From contig DATKVM010000009.1 of the NCBI GenBank assembly GCA_035530075.1, positions 1,718 to 65,717 on the forward strand: a stretch of DNA of 64,000 nucleotides, in the 5' to 3' direction. Position 1 is the stretch's first letter; each line of letters opens with the position of its first letter. Under the pieces are notes generated by a model that was not told where the DNA came from, did no database searches, and saw only the letters and a list, made by a program, of their open reading frames with translations. Below are positions 42,204-51,477 of this stretch, piece after piece. A program made the position numbers and the translations under genes. The stretch comes from Patescibacteria group bacterium. Lineage in GTDB: Bacteria; Patescibacteriota; Microgenomatia; UM-FILTER-40-11.

Positions 42204-43820
42204 GTGCCAAATATTACTGCTCAGCAAGAGGAAGGCTATAGAAATCTAGGAAAAAGGCTTTTAAAAGAAAGGGGACTATCTCGCTTGGTCAAACTCCTCA
42301 AGAAGGACAAAGAAAACGAATTCCTTAGAACCATTAAAGAATATGCTTTAAGAAAAAATGAGGATGGTCGAACACCTAAACCAAAACTCTTAAAAGAATA
42401 TCGAGCAAGATTAACCTTCATCCATTCTTCAAGATTTCCCGTAATCTCTGCATTAAACGAGAGTGGAAAGGTCAAGCTAACTCCTCTTGGAAAAATAGTT
42501 AAATCTTTATACGACTATCTAGAAAATAATAAAATCGATGGCTTTCTCTTCTTGATTTCTGGAGCAGCAAAAGAAACTATTGGGTTCAAATCAGAACTAA
42601 AATCCCGCGTAGGAAACAATAAAAATTTTGTATTTGATGATTTTAACCCAAAGATTGGCCCTCCAAAGATAGATGGTGATTTCATCTTAATCTTAAATAA
42701 TTCCAATATTACTGAAGAATTGATTGTCTCTGAACTAAAAAAAGAAATTGAAGATATTCCTCTTGAAATTAGAACTATTTCTTCCAATTCCAGACCATTT
42801 AAACGAATCGAGATAGGCACTGTATTCAACAAAGAAGTGCCACAAGATGAGTTTTGGGCTGATTATTGGCAAAGTTATGGACATATTGTTTCGCCGAAGT
42901 TCTCCGGAGGCCATTCATTTAATTTTTCGCTAATACAAAACTTGATGAATGATGATAATTCTTCGCCTTATGTCTTGATGGTCCCCACAAAAACTTCTGA
43001 AGAATTTATCGGTGTGAGAATTGATTTTTTTCCAGAAAGTAGACTTTACAAGGCAATCATTTATCCAAAAAATTCTCTTAACACCTGCTCATTGAAACCC
43101 ACAGTTATCAACTGGCCCGAGATTATGTTTCCTTTTAAAAATTCCGCTGCTGAGGCCCTGGCTATATTGATCCATCTTCTAAGGAATACCACCTGGGATG
43201 ATCGGCTTCCACTTATCTCCTCCTTGCCAAACACTCGACTTAGATCAATTTTGACCAAAAAATTTCAAGGAAGAATTCAAAAGATAAAGTCGATATCAGC
43301 AGACACTTCTCTATATTTTGCCCGAAAGATCGTTTATCCTACCGCCCTAAATATTAATCTGATCGCTGGAAATCCAATTTCTGTGAGACAATCGACTGAA
43401 AGACTTCTGAAATCAATAAAACCAATGCTTAATGGTAACCCTTATCTCGGCCTTATCTACCTTCTCTCTGCCGGAGAAAATCCAACAGATGCCCCGGTTT
43501 ATGGAACCGGCTTTATTGATCCCAAAGGTTTTTTCCCTGAACTTTATGAATTTTTTCATCAAGAAGATAGATTGGATAGGCTGATTAATCTGATGGCAAA
43601 AACCGAAGAAGGACCAGCCATGAAGGGCTGGCTGGCCTTTTTAAATTTTATCTATCGAGAAACCGGCTTTGACCTTAAAAAAACCGCCAAACTTCTAAAT
43701 CCTAATTTCTGCTCTCTTAAAGTTTATCCTAATTTAGTGAAAGATTTTATTTCTCCCGATTTGGAGAGTCATCCTGATTCTTTCCAGCCGATTTCCGCAA
43801 TTTCTGTAGCTTCCACATAA
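42204..43820 (+). CDS. Large hypothetical protein, partner of regulator copy 2 (AT/Lys/Asn-rich)
   Basis: 538-aa ORF with no recognisable motif. Not obviously similar to the 514-aa partner of copy 1. Confidence 0.5.
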   Translation: MPNITAQQEEGYRNLGKRLLKERGLSRLVKLLKKDKENEFLRTIKEYALRKNEDGRTPKPKLLKEYRARLTFIHSSRFPVISALNESGKVKLTPLGKIVKSLYDYLENNKIDGFLFLISGAAKETIGFKSELKSRVGNNKNFVFDDFNPKIGPPKIDGDFILILNNSNITEELIVSELKKEIEDIPLEIRTISSNSRPFKRIEIGTVFNKEVPQDEFWADYWQSYGHIVSPKFSGGHSFNFSLIQNLMNDDNSSPYVLMVPTKTSEEFIGVRIDFFPESRLYKAIIYPKNSLNTCSLKPTVINWPEIMFPFKNSAAEALAILIHLLRNTTWDDRLPLISSLPNTRLRSILTKKFQGRIQKIKSISADTSLYFARKIVYPTALNINLIAGNPISVRQSTERLLKSIKPMLNGNPYLGLIYLLSAGENPTDAPVYGTGFIDPKGFFPELYEFFHQEDRLDRLINLMAKTEEGPAMKGWLAFLNFIYRETGFDLKKTAKLLNPNFCSLKVYPNLVKDFISPDLESHPDSFQPISAISVAST

Positions 43821-44052
43821 ACAATCTTGCTTTACTCTTGGCTTTAGCATCTTTGACAAAGTAGCGGGCTTTTTCCAAAATTGGCCGGGGGACTTCTTTA
43901 GCTAGCTTGATATACAAGGCTTTATGGTCCGGGTCGCCCAGTTCCATGGCCAAATCGTAGCCGTATTTTTGGAACTCTCGGGAAACATATTTATCCCTCA
44001 AGGGATCAAATTTTTTTAAAATATCACCTAAGCTTTGAGGGGGGCTATTCAT
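43747..44052 (-). CDS. Small hypothetical basic protein
   Basis: 101 aa. Overlaps the 3' end of the plus-strand 538-aa gene (convergent overlap of 74 nt). Confidence 0.4.
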   Translation of the reverse strand: MNSPPQSLGDILKKFDPLRDKYVSREFQKYGYDLAMELGDPDHKALYIKLAKEVPRPILEKARYFVKDAKAKSKARLFMWKLQKLRKSAGKNQDDSPNREK

Positions 44053-44672
44053 GCTGCGCTTGCTTTGGCCGCCTTAAGCCGGGCCAATTTCTTCTCCTCC
44101 ATTCTCAAATCCTGATAAACGAAGAAAAGGAAGGAGACGCCGATGAGGGTAACGACGCCGACAATTAAAAAGAGCGGCCGGATGCCGAATTTTTCCGCCA
44201 TAAAACCGCCCAAAGCTCCGGTGCCGGCAATCCCCAGGCCCACCATCGCGTTATAAATTCCCCATTCCTCCGCTTCAACATTTTTATCAATATGGCGAGT
44301 AAAAATCGCCAGCCAGCTCGGAGAAATCATCGCCGAGGCAAAGCCTAAAAGACTCTGAAGAAGAAGAACATGAATGTTTTCGGTGGCCAAAAAATACAAA
44401 AAAGGAACGGAAGACATCAAAAGCGAGCCAGTAGCCATTAAGGCAAAATCGTCAATTTCCCCCTTGACCGAATCAATCAGCTTGGCAAAAGGCAGCTGCA
44501 AAACCGAACGGGTTACCCAATAAATTGCCGTCGCAAAACCGATAGTCTCCAAACTACCATTGCGGATTTGCTGAGTCACATAGACGGCAAAAAGCGGATT
44601 AGTCAGTCCCCAGCTGGACAAAATAATCACATCGGAAAAAGTCAGAATTTTAATGAGATTATTAACACGCAT
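44049..44672 (-). CDS. MFS-transporter-like six-TM half (possibly truncated)
   Basis: Six predicted TM helices resembling the C-terminal half of an MFS transporter. TATAAT at 44682-44687 directly upstream. Confidence 0.5.
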   Translation of the reverse strand: MRVNNLIKILTFSDVIILSSWGLTNPLFAVYVTQQIRNGSLETIGFATAIYWVTRSVLQLPFAKLIDSVKGEIDDFALMATGSLLMSSVPFLYFLATENIHVLLLQSLLGFASAMISPSWLAIFTRHIDKNVEAEEWGIYNAMVGLGIAGTGALGGFMAEKFGIRPLFLIVGVVTLIGVSFLFFVYQDLRMEEKKLARLKAAKASAA

Positions 44673-44685
44673 AGACTATTATTGA

Positions 44686-44762
44686 TTATAAGCTTCCGCG
44701 GACTGAAAGTCCGCGGTTTTCTTGACTTTAAGCTTTCAACCGCTTTACTAGCGGTTATAACG
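44686..44762. repeat. REP/MITE-like repeat copy 1 (TATAAGCTT...TAAGCTTTCAACCGCTTT...CGGTTATAA), overlapping the pth stop codon
   Basis: Shares TATAAGCTT, a spacer of about 30 nt, then TAAGCTTTCAACCGCTTT and an inverted AAAGCGGTT arm with the copy at 58611-58745. Contains the hairpin CCGCGGACTGAAAGTCCGCGG. Confidence 0.55.
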
Positions 44763-45311
44763 ATTAGCCGCCTTTTCGACACCCTCCTTCAGGATGGTTT
44801 CCAGCGCTTCAACTGACTTTTTGACTGCTGGTTTTAGCTTGGCCCTTTCCCACAAAGTAAACGGCATTAAAACAAAGCTGTCGGTAGCGATTTTTTGATT
44901 TCTACCCACCCCCACCCTCAAACGGACAAAATCCTGGCTGCGCAAACTCTTAATGACTGATTCTGCCCCTTTATGACCGGCCGAACCGTGACCAACGGCG
45001 ATTTTTATCTTCCCCAAAGGCAAATCAACATCATCATGAACCAAGTAAAGGCTAGCGGGTTTAACTTGATAAAAACGGACCAATTTAGCGACCGGACCAC
45101 CCGAAGCATTCATAAAGCTCTGGGGTTTGGCTAAGACTAAATTATCCCCCACTCTGGCTACTAGGGAATTGAACTTTTTGTTCTCCTCCCAATTTCCTTC
45201 ATTAACAGGGGTTAATTTTCTTAAAAGGGCATCTAGAACCATAAACCCGACATTATGACGAGTTTTCCCATACTTTAAACCGGGATTGCCCAAACCAACA
45301 ATTAAAATCAT
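44748..45311 (-). CDS. pth: Peptidyl-tRNA hydrolase
   Basis: MILIVGLGNPG...RHNVGF N-terminal signature. Confidence 0.9.
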   Translation of the reverse strand: MILIVGLGNPGLKYGKTRHNVGFMVLDALLRKLTPVNEGNWEENKKFNSLVARVGDNLVLAKPQSFMNASGGPVAKLVRFYQVKPASLYLVHDDVDLPLGKIKIAVGHGSAGHKGAESVIKSLRSQDFVRLRVGVGRNQKIATDSFVLMPFTLWERAKLKPAVKKSVEALETILKEGVEKAANRYNR

Positions 45312-45940
45312 GGTTCTTCCAGTATAGCGATGATTTCCTCATCCGTATACTGACGGAAGTCTTCGTAGAATTGATCGACACTAAAGAACATTTCCGGTGA
45401 TTCTAGATAAAAAACCTGGTCGGCTTTTTGTTTAATCTCCATCAAGGCCTCCTGGGCAATGACCGGAACCGCCACGACTATCTCCTTCGGTTGGAAATTG
45501 CGAACCGTGGCGATGGCCGCCTTTATCGTGGCTCCGGTAGCAATACCGTCATCAGTAATGATGATTGTTTTCCCTTGAATTTTCGGAATCGCTCGGCCGG
45601 CACGAAAATCGTTTTCCTTTTTCTCAAACTCGGTTAGTTTTTGTTTAACAATCTCTTGACGGTATTGAACCGGCACTCGCAAGCGGCGAAGCAGCTCTTC
45701 TTCCCAAACTACCACTCCCCCCTCGCCAACTGCGCCAATGGCCAGTTCTTCTTTTTGGGGCGCCGGAATTTTTTTAATCACCAAACAATCCAGCGGCAAA
45801 CCCAGCGCTCGACTAATCTCTTTACCAATTGGCACTCCCCCGCGGGGGATAGCTAAGACCAGAGCCTGAGTAGAGGCTGACCAGTCTTCCTTCAATTTTT
45901 CGGCTAATTTTACACCCGCCCCGACTCGGTCTACAAACAT
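45308..45940 (-). CDS. Predicted phosphoribosyltransferase (type I PRTase fold)
   Basis: PRPP-binding motif TIIITDDGIATGATI. Confidence 0.7.
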   Translation of the reverse strand: MFVDRVGAGVKLAEKLKEDWSASTQALVLAIPRGGVPIGKEISRALGLPLDCLVIKKIPAPQKEELAIGAVGEGGVVVWEEELLRRLRVPVQYRQEIVKQKLTEFEKKENDFRAGRAIPKIQGKTIIITDDGIATGATIKAAIATVRNFQPKEIVVAVPVIAQEALMEIKQKADQVFYLESPEMFFSVDQFYEDFRQYTDEEIIAILEEP

Positions 45941-45944
45941 ATAT

Positions 45945-46268
45945 TTAGTGGCGGCTAAACTTTAGCGCCAAGTTACCAACAACCGGCAACTTAAACTTCT
46001 CGCCCTGATAAGCCTTAACCAAAAGCACAATCCAACCGATTAAACCAATTAAAAAGAGGAAGGGTGACAACAGCCAACCCAAGACGGGGACCATCCCCAG
46101 AATGGTCAAACCGCCGAAAAAGATGATTGACTGCACCGCGTGGAAACGAATATCCGGGTCTTTTTCGACTAAAAAGAAAATCACGCCCGTCAGCCAGGCT
46201 AAAAGATAAGTTAAGGCAGCGGCAACATTTTTTTCCAATCCAAAAGCGTATTTTTTGCTTGTGGCCAT
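45945..46268 (-). CDS. Small membrane protein (DUF4870/TM2-like)
   Basis: Two to three TM helices. GGAGGTGA RBS 8 nt before the ATG of MATSKKY. The ORF track extends to 46280. Confidence 0.5.
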   Translation of the reverse strand: MATSKKYAFGLEKNVAAALTYLLAWLTGVIFFLVEKDPDIRFHAVQSIIFFGGLTILGMVPVLGWLLSPFLFLIGLIGWIVLLVKAYQGEKFKLPVVGNLALKFSRH

Positions 46269-46297
46269 TATTTTAATCACCTCCCCCCGAAAAAAGC

Positions 46298-46315
46298 TAT
46301 TCTAGTACTAGAATA
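46298..46315. promoter_or_regulatory. 18-bp perfect palindrome TATTCTAGTACTAGAATA upstream of the small membrane protein gene (candidate operator)
   Basis: Perfect dyad symmetry, about 30 nt upstream of the start codon. Confidence 0.35.
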
Positions 46316-46399
46316 CAAGGAAAAAATGAGCGCTGTCAACAGAAAGAAAAGCTAAAACTTTAAAACAAGCTTATCTGCCCTGGCCAATTTCATGGCTAG

Positions 46400-47368
46400 C
46401 TAAGAGCGAAGAAATTCCGCCAGAGCAAACATGAGATAAAAAATAATTAAAACCAATCCCTCCCAACGGTCCAGTCTTCTTTTACTCCGGACAAAAAGGA
46501 AAAAGGAGCTAAAAACAATAAAAAAGGTCAAGGTGGCCAAAAGATATTCGTTAAAGGCAACGACTTCAATCGGACAAATCAAGGCGACAGTGCCAATAAC
46601 TAAGGTCGCATTAGTAACAATCGAGCCAAGAAGATTACCCAGGACCATTCCCGGTTGATGCTGTTTAACGGCTTCAATACCAAAGACCAATTCCGGCAAA
46701 GTGGTCCCGATGGAAATTAAAATTAAGCCAATTAAGAGGACGGGCACATTAATAAGAGTGGCTAAGCCAATAGAAGAGCGCACAATCATATCAGCCGAAA
46801 AAAGTAAAAGAGCCGCTCCCAAAAAAATCCAGCCGATTTCTCGTCTAGCCGAACGATGATTAAGCCGCCGAAGTAAACGTTGAACAAAACCCTCTTCGCC
46901 TAAGTCAATTTTTCCCTTTTCTCTTTCCCGAAAAACATTAACTTGGTAAAAACCGTAAAGAAGAAGAAGAATAAAACCGTCAATGCGAGAAAGACTCTTG
47001 TCCAGCAAAAGGAACAAGGGAGCCGAGCCGGTCAGGGCAGCATAAAGGATATTCTGGCTCAAAAGATTACCCTGAACAAAAATCGTCCCGCCAATTAAGG
47101 CCCCGCCACCAATGACTAAAGATAAATTGGCAATATTGGCCCCCAGAACATTCCCGAGAGAAAGGGCTGGAGTTTGCTTAAGAGCGGCAGTAATACCAAC
47201 AAAGTATTCCGGCAAAGAGGTCGCCAAAGCTAAAAGCAATTCGGTGACTGCAAACTTACCCAATCGGGTCCTGATTGCCAAGGCCTTAAGATTGATAATC
47301 AGAACATCGGTCGCTTTAATTAAAATAAAGGAGAAAAAAAGAATGACGACCAAATAAAACAAAATCAT
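46400..47368 (-). CDS. Na+/Ca2+ exchanger family (CaCA, YrbG-like) membrane protein
   Basis: Two alpha-repeat motifs: GNVLGANIANLSLV and GNLLGSIVTNATLV. Confidence 0.75.
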   Translation of the reverse strand: MILFYLVVILFFSFILIKATDVLIINLKALAIRTRLGKFAVTELLLALATSLPEYFVGITAALKQTPALSLGNVLGANIANLSLVIGGGALIGGTIFVQGNLLSQNILYAALTGSAPLFLLLDKSLSRIDGFILLLLYGFYQVNVFREREKGKIDLGEEGFVQRLLRRLNHRSARREIGWIFLGAALLLFSADMIVRSSIGLATLINVPVLLIGLILISIGTTLPELVFGIEAVKQHQPGMVLGNLLGSIVTNATLVIGTVALICPIEVVAFNEYLLATLTFFIVFSSFFLFVRSKRRLDRWEGLVLIIFYLMFALAEFLRS

Positions 47369-47421
47369 GGCTTTTTTCTTACAGCAACTGGATTAAGGAT
47401 ATCGAAAATTAAAAAGAAAAG

Positions 47422-49200
47422 CTACTCTTTCCCGGCTCCAAATTGCAATTGATAAAGTTTCTCTACCTCCTTTACCGTCGTCGCATCTTGGGGAGAGCGG
47501 TCATCTCGAAATCGAACTAACCGCGGAAAGCGGAGCGCCAAACTGACAGTATGAATCGGGCTTTTGGTAATATTGTCGGCTTGGATTTCCACCACAATCG
47601 CCGGCCTGACCCAGCTGTCAGGAGTTAAATTCTTGTCAACCTCGTATTCGGCCGGTCGACTTTGAACTTTGAACTTTGAACTTCTAACTTTTATCTCCTG
47701 CCATTGCTCATCGGTAAGCCCGGTGCCGATTTTAGAAACGGTATTAAACTTTTCCCCTTGCCGCACCCCGACCAAAAAAGCCCCGACCCCAAACCCAGCC
47801 CGCTTGCCTCGACCACGATAAGTGCCCATAATGACACAATCAATGGTATCGGCCAAACCCCCACCCTTTTTCGTTTCTTCCTGTTTATATTTGACCCAAG
47901 AGAAACCTCTTCTCCCGGCTTCATAAGGAGCGTTAGCCTTTTTGACCATTGCCCCTTCTAAACCCTTTTTAATTTGCTCTTTATGAAACTCTCTCATTTC
48001 TTCCGGACGATCAGCTACCACTTGCGGGGAAATAATTAAAACGTTCGGTTTCGCTGGGAGAATCTTCTCCAAAATTTTTCTTCTTTCCAAAAGCGGTGAA
48101 GGAAGCAGGCTTTTGCCATCTTTATAGAGAATATCAAAGACAAAACACCTTAACGGAATTTCTTTGGCGGTCGCTTCAATCCCGTGTTTTCTTTTGCGCT
48201 TAATTGTTTCTTGGAAGGGTAAGAAACGCCCCGTTTTAGGATCAATACCAACGCCCTCACTGTCTAAAATCGCTTCCTCGGCCTTAACTTCTTTCTCAAC
48301 CGCTTCGGCAATATCGGGAAACATCGCGGTCACATTTTCCAAATTACGAGTAAAAATGCGTACTTCCGTTTCTTTTTTATAGCGCTTTAAGTGAATCTGC
48401 AGGCGGGTGCCGTCATATTTGGGCTCCATTACCACCATCCCCATCTTTTCCAGCATTTCTTCCACCGTTCCCAAACGCTGAGCGAGCGCCGGTAAAATTG
48501 GGGTGCCAACGACCGGCTTAGTATCTTTAACTCCTTTCGCTCCCGCCTCTTTCACTCGTTTGGCAATCGCCCCAATATCCGCCCGAACATTAAAGGCGGC
48601 CTCGAGCTCCGGCCGCAAACTTTTGTTACCACTCTCCATCCACGAAAGAGCGTCTAAAACAGTCAAATCGGAAAAGCCCAACCGCAATTTGCCCAAAGGA
48701 ACGCGAATAACATACCTGACAGATAAAGCATCCAAGTCTTCCAGCAAGGTAGCCATCTTCTCAATTTTCCGCTCAACACTTCCCGTTCCGGCTTCCTTGG
48801 CAATCGTTAAAAGGCGCTCAAAAACTTCATTAACGGAGAGCTTGACATCAGACTTCTTTTCTTTCACAAAAAGTCGGTTTTGAATTTTTCCCCCGCCGCC
48901 TTTTTTCTTTAATTCCTCCCCCACCGTTCCTAAATCCCCTACCTGCTTATACTCTTTTTGCACCAGCGAATTCTCCACGCCAAAAGCTTTAGCAACTGCC
49001 CGAATTATCATCTTCTCCGCCATTTGGAACTCCAAACCCTCATAAGGCGGCACGAGCATCCCCAAAGAAAGATAAGTAATCTTCTCGACTTCCTCCGCTC
49101 GGCTTTTTTTAAAAAGTTGAGCGAGAATTTCCGTTATCTTTAAACGGGCACTCGTCTGTTCCAGCAGCTGAAAGTAGTTAGCTAATTCTTGGAAGGTCAT
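47422..49200 (-). CDS. ATP-dependent DNA ligase
   Basis: Adenylation motif I MEPKYDGTRLQIH (KxDG), nucleotidyltransferase and OB domains. Contains an in-frame heptamer-repeat insertion (KVRSSKFKVQS). Confidence 0.85.
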   Translation of the reverse strand: MTFQELANYFQLLEQTSARLKITEILAQLFKKSRAEEVEKITYLSLGMLVPPYEGLEFQMAEKMIIRAVAKAFGVENSLVQKEYKQVGDLGTVGEELKKKGGGGKIQNRLFVKEKKSDVKLSVNEVFERLLTIAKEAGTGSVERKIEKMATLLEDLDALSVRYVIRVPLGKLRLGFSDLTVLDALSWMESGNKSLRPELEAAFNVRADIGAIAKRVKEAGAKGVKDTKPVVGTPILPALAQRLGTVEEMLEKMGMVVMEPKYDGTRLQIHLKRYKKETEVRIFTRNLENVTAMFPDIAEAVEKEVKAEEAILDSEGVGIDPKTGRFLPFQETIKRKRKHGIEATAKEIPLRCFVFDILYKDGKSLLPSPLLERRKILEKILPAKPNVLIISPQVVADRPEEMREFHKEQIKKGLEGAMVKKANAPYEAGRRGFSWVKYKQEETKKGGGLADTIDCVIMGTYRGRGKRAGFGVGAFLVGVRQGEKFNTVSKIGTGLTDEQWQEIKVRSSKFKVQSRPAEYEVDKNLTPDSWVRPAIVVEIQADNITKSPIHTVSLALRFPRLVRFRDDRSPQDATTVKEVEKLYQLQFGAGKE

Positions 49201-49203
49201 ACT

Positions 49204-50289
49204 TCATCTAATAACATAATGAGCGGCTTTTCGCGAGCCTTTTTTCTTAATTAATTTTTGTTTCATCAAAGTATACAACTCCCGTAAAACCGTATCTTCC
49301 GAAATCATCGGCAAGAGAGGTTTTAACTCCCTCATTGTCGCTTGCCCCCGAGCCTCGATATATTCCATAATTTTCATTTGCCGGTCATTTAAAGCAATTT
49401 GTTTGCCGCCTAGTTTCTCTTTAATTTTGCCGTCTAAAGAAACGCGGCGGATTTTATCTTTAATTTGGGTAAGCTCCGCCGCCAAAGCCTTAGTAAAAAA
49501 CTCGAGCCAACCGGTTAAATCTCTTTCTTCAAAGTCTGCTTCATTGGTTAAATCAGTCTGACGCAAGGCGTCATAGTAGTTATAAGCGTTTTTATCAAAA
49601 TATTCTTCCAGCGAAAAAAGTTTTTTAATATCGTAACCCTCGGCAAATAAAATCAAGGTGGCCAAACCGCGAGCCGTCCGACCGTCACCATCGGTAAAGG
49701 GGTGAACGGAAGAGATAACATAATGGGCGGCGGCGCTTCTTAAAACCGGATTCGCTTCTCTCCCCTCCTTGGAATTAAGCCATTTTAAAAATTCTTCTAT
49801 CAGAAAAGGCACTTCCGGTGCCGGCGGCGGGCGAAAAACCACCTCCCCAGTTTGGGCGTTGCGCAAAATTACTTGGACTTTTCTGAATTTTCCCCGCTGT
49901 TCCTCGGAGAGAATTTTATCCATCGCCAAAGCGTGAATTTTTAAAATATGCTTTTCGCTGTAGGCAAAACCTTCGTCCTTTCTCTTTTTTTCTTTTCGCA
50001 GCACTTCATCCAAATACTTTAAAACGTTGCGGTAGTTAATAACTTCCTGAATATCCCGCTCACCGGCGACGACTTCTTTTCCTTCCAAAACATTCTCCGC
50101 CTGGGTAAAAGAAAGCTCATTGCCCTCAATATGGGTCCCGTGATGAATGGTCGAGAGAGCCGCTTCTTCCCGGAATTGCTTTTCGTAGGAAGGAATTAAA
50201 GGGGCATTATCAACTACTTCACGACAAGCCTCAATAACACCGATATTTTGAAGGACTTTGTTGGTGATAGTGTATTTTGGCCGGTACAT
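49204..50289 (-). CDS. Fic/DOC-family protein with a C-terminal winged-helix
   Basis: Fic motif HPFTDGDGRTARG. N-terminal HGTHIEGNEL resembles an inhibitory (S/T)xxxE(G/N) helix. Confidence 0.8.
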   Translation of the reverse strand: MYRPKYTITNKVLQNIGVIEACREVVDNAPLIPSYEKQFREEAALSTIHHGTHIEGNELSFTQAENVLEGKEVVAGERDIQEVINYRNVLKYLDEVLRKEKKRKDEGFAYSEKHILKIHALAMDKILSEEQRGKFRKVQVILRNAQTGEVVFRPPPAPEVPFLIEEFLKWLNSKEGREANPVLRSAAAHYVISSVHPFTDGDGRTARGLATLILFAEGYDIKKLFSLEEYFDKNAYNYYDALRQTDLTNEADFEERDLTGWLEFFTKALAAELTQIKDKIRRVSLDGKIKEKLGGKQIALNDRQMKIMEYIEARGQATMRELKPLLPMISEDTVLRELYTLMKQKLIKKKGSRKAAHYVIR

Positions 50290-50379
50290 CTACTCTTATC
50301 ATACACTATTTTGCCAGAAATTTCCTCAGATATTCCGTAATTTTTCCGCTAGTTTCGCCGCAGTTTGGCGGAAGGTTTA

Positions 50380-51477
50380 TTATTGCCGAAATTTAACCGG
50401 CAGCTCAAAAGATTTAGCGTTTTGGGGCAGACCAGAGGGATTATCATTTTCAAAAACCAAGAACCCGGAAGCGGACTCGGTGGTGAAAGTAAGCTCAACA
50501 CTAAATTCCACCGCCTTGCCGCTCTGCCAAGAACCCGGGACAGTTTCTTTAGCTGAACCGGAAGCAATTTCAGCTCGGCTCGCATCCAAGAGCTTCACCG
50601 GCATCACTCCTTCAAACATCCAACCGCTTTCCACCGTCCCCTTAATGACCAGTGGACCTTTTGTCGGAGAAACCAAAGAAATTGACTTAATTTTAACCGG
50701 CGTGCCCTGAGTTACTCCTCCTTTTGTTTGCACTCCCGTGAGAGTAGGCGTCAAAAATTCGAAAGTGGAAAGCATTAGCATAAATAATTTTTCTGTCTCA
50801 GCGTCCTTTGAATTATCCTCCCCGTGTCCGTACTGAAAACGCAGATGATAAAGTTGATTAAGGTAAGAAACAAAATAACTTGTCCCCTTCCCCCCTAAAA
50901 GACCAGGGAGCTGATAATCTGTCTCTATTGCGGGCTGATCGGCTATTTGTAAATCACGAATAAAGGTTGGCACGGCAGGACTACATTCCCCTGTCTGGCA
51001 TTTCTTAGTTTCTTGGTCCAGCCATAATTTAGGAGTTAAGTTGTTTAGATTTTTTGAATACAGCTCCACTTTGAAAATTACCTTACCGCTTTCAGTCCCG
51101 ATCGGCTCGCCCTGATCGAAATTCGAGATTTCAACCGAAGTTTTATCCTCTTTCAAATACCATTCACTTGGATACTTAAATGAATATTGGCCGGAAAGAT
51201 TAGTATAAGTCTTCCAGCCAGTGGTTGGGTCGGGGGTAGGAGTCGGCTCGGGAGCAAGAGTCGGAGTTGGTGAGGGTTTGCTTAAGAATGGCAGGCTTCC
51301 CAAAAGCCCTCTTTGCCAAAAAGCCAGGCCGGCGTAAGCGATTCCCGCCACCATTAAAAGTCCCAAGATTGCCAACAAAATCGGGCTAGGTCCTTTTTTT
51401 ACTACCGGGGCCACTGGCGCTGCTGGCGGTGGAGCTGACGGTATTGGTGGTGAAACTGGTATTTGTTCTTCCATCAA
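50380..51477 (-). CDS. Paralog-family surface protein A (Pro-rich N-tail, TM, TPTPDPT linker, repeated module)
   Basis: N-terminus MMEEQIPVSPP..., TM helix, then PTPTPDPTTGWKTY...FSFKYPSEW module and an internal LSTFEFL motif. Confidence 0.6.
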   Translation of the reverse strand: MMEEQIPVSPPIPSAPPPAAPVAPVVKKGPSPILLAILGLLMVAGIAYAGLAFWQRGLLGSLPFLSKPSPTPTLAPEPTPTPDPTTGWKTYTNLSGQYSFKYPSEWYLKEDKTSVEISNFDQGEPIGTESGKVIFKVELYSKNLNNLTPKLWLDQETKKCQTGECSPAVPTFIRDLQIADQPAIETDYQLPGLLGGKGTSYFVSYLNQLYHLRFQYGHGEDNSKDAETEKLFMLMLSTFEFLTPTLTGVQTKGGVTQGTPVKIKSISLVSPTKGPLVIKGTVESGWMFEGVMPVKLLDASRAEIASGSAKETVPGSWQSGKAVEFSVELTFTTESASGFLVFENDNPSGLPQNAKSFELPVKFRQ

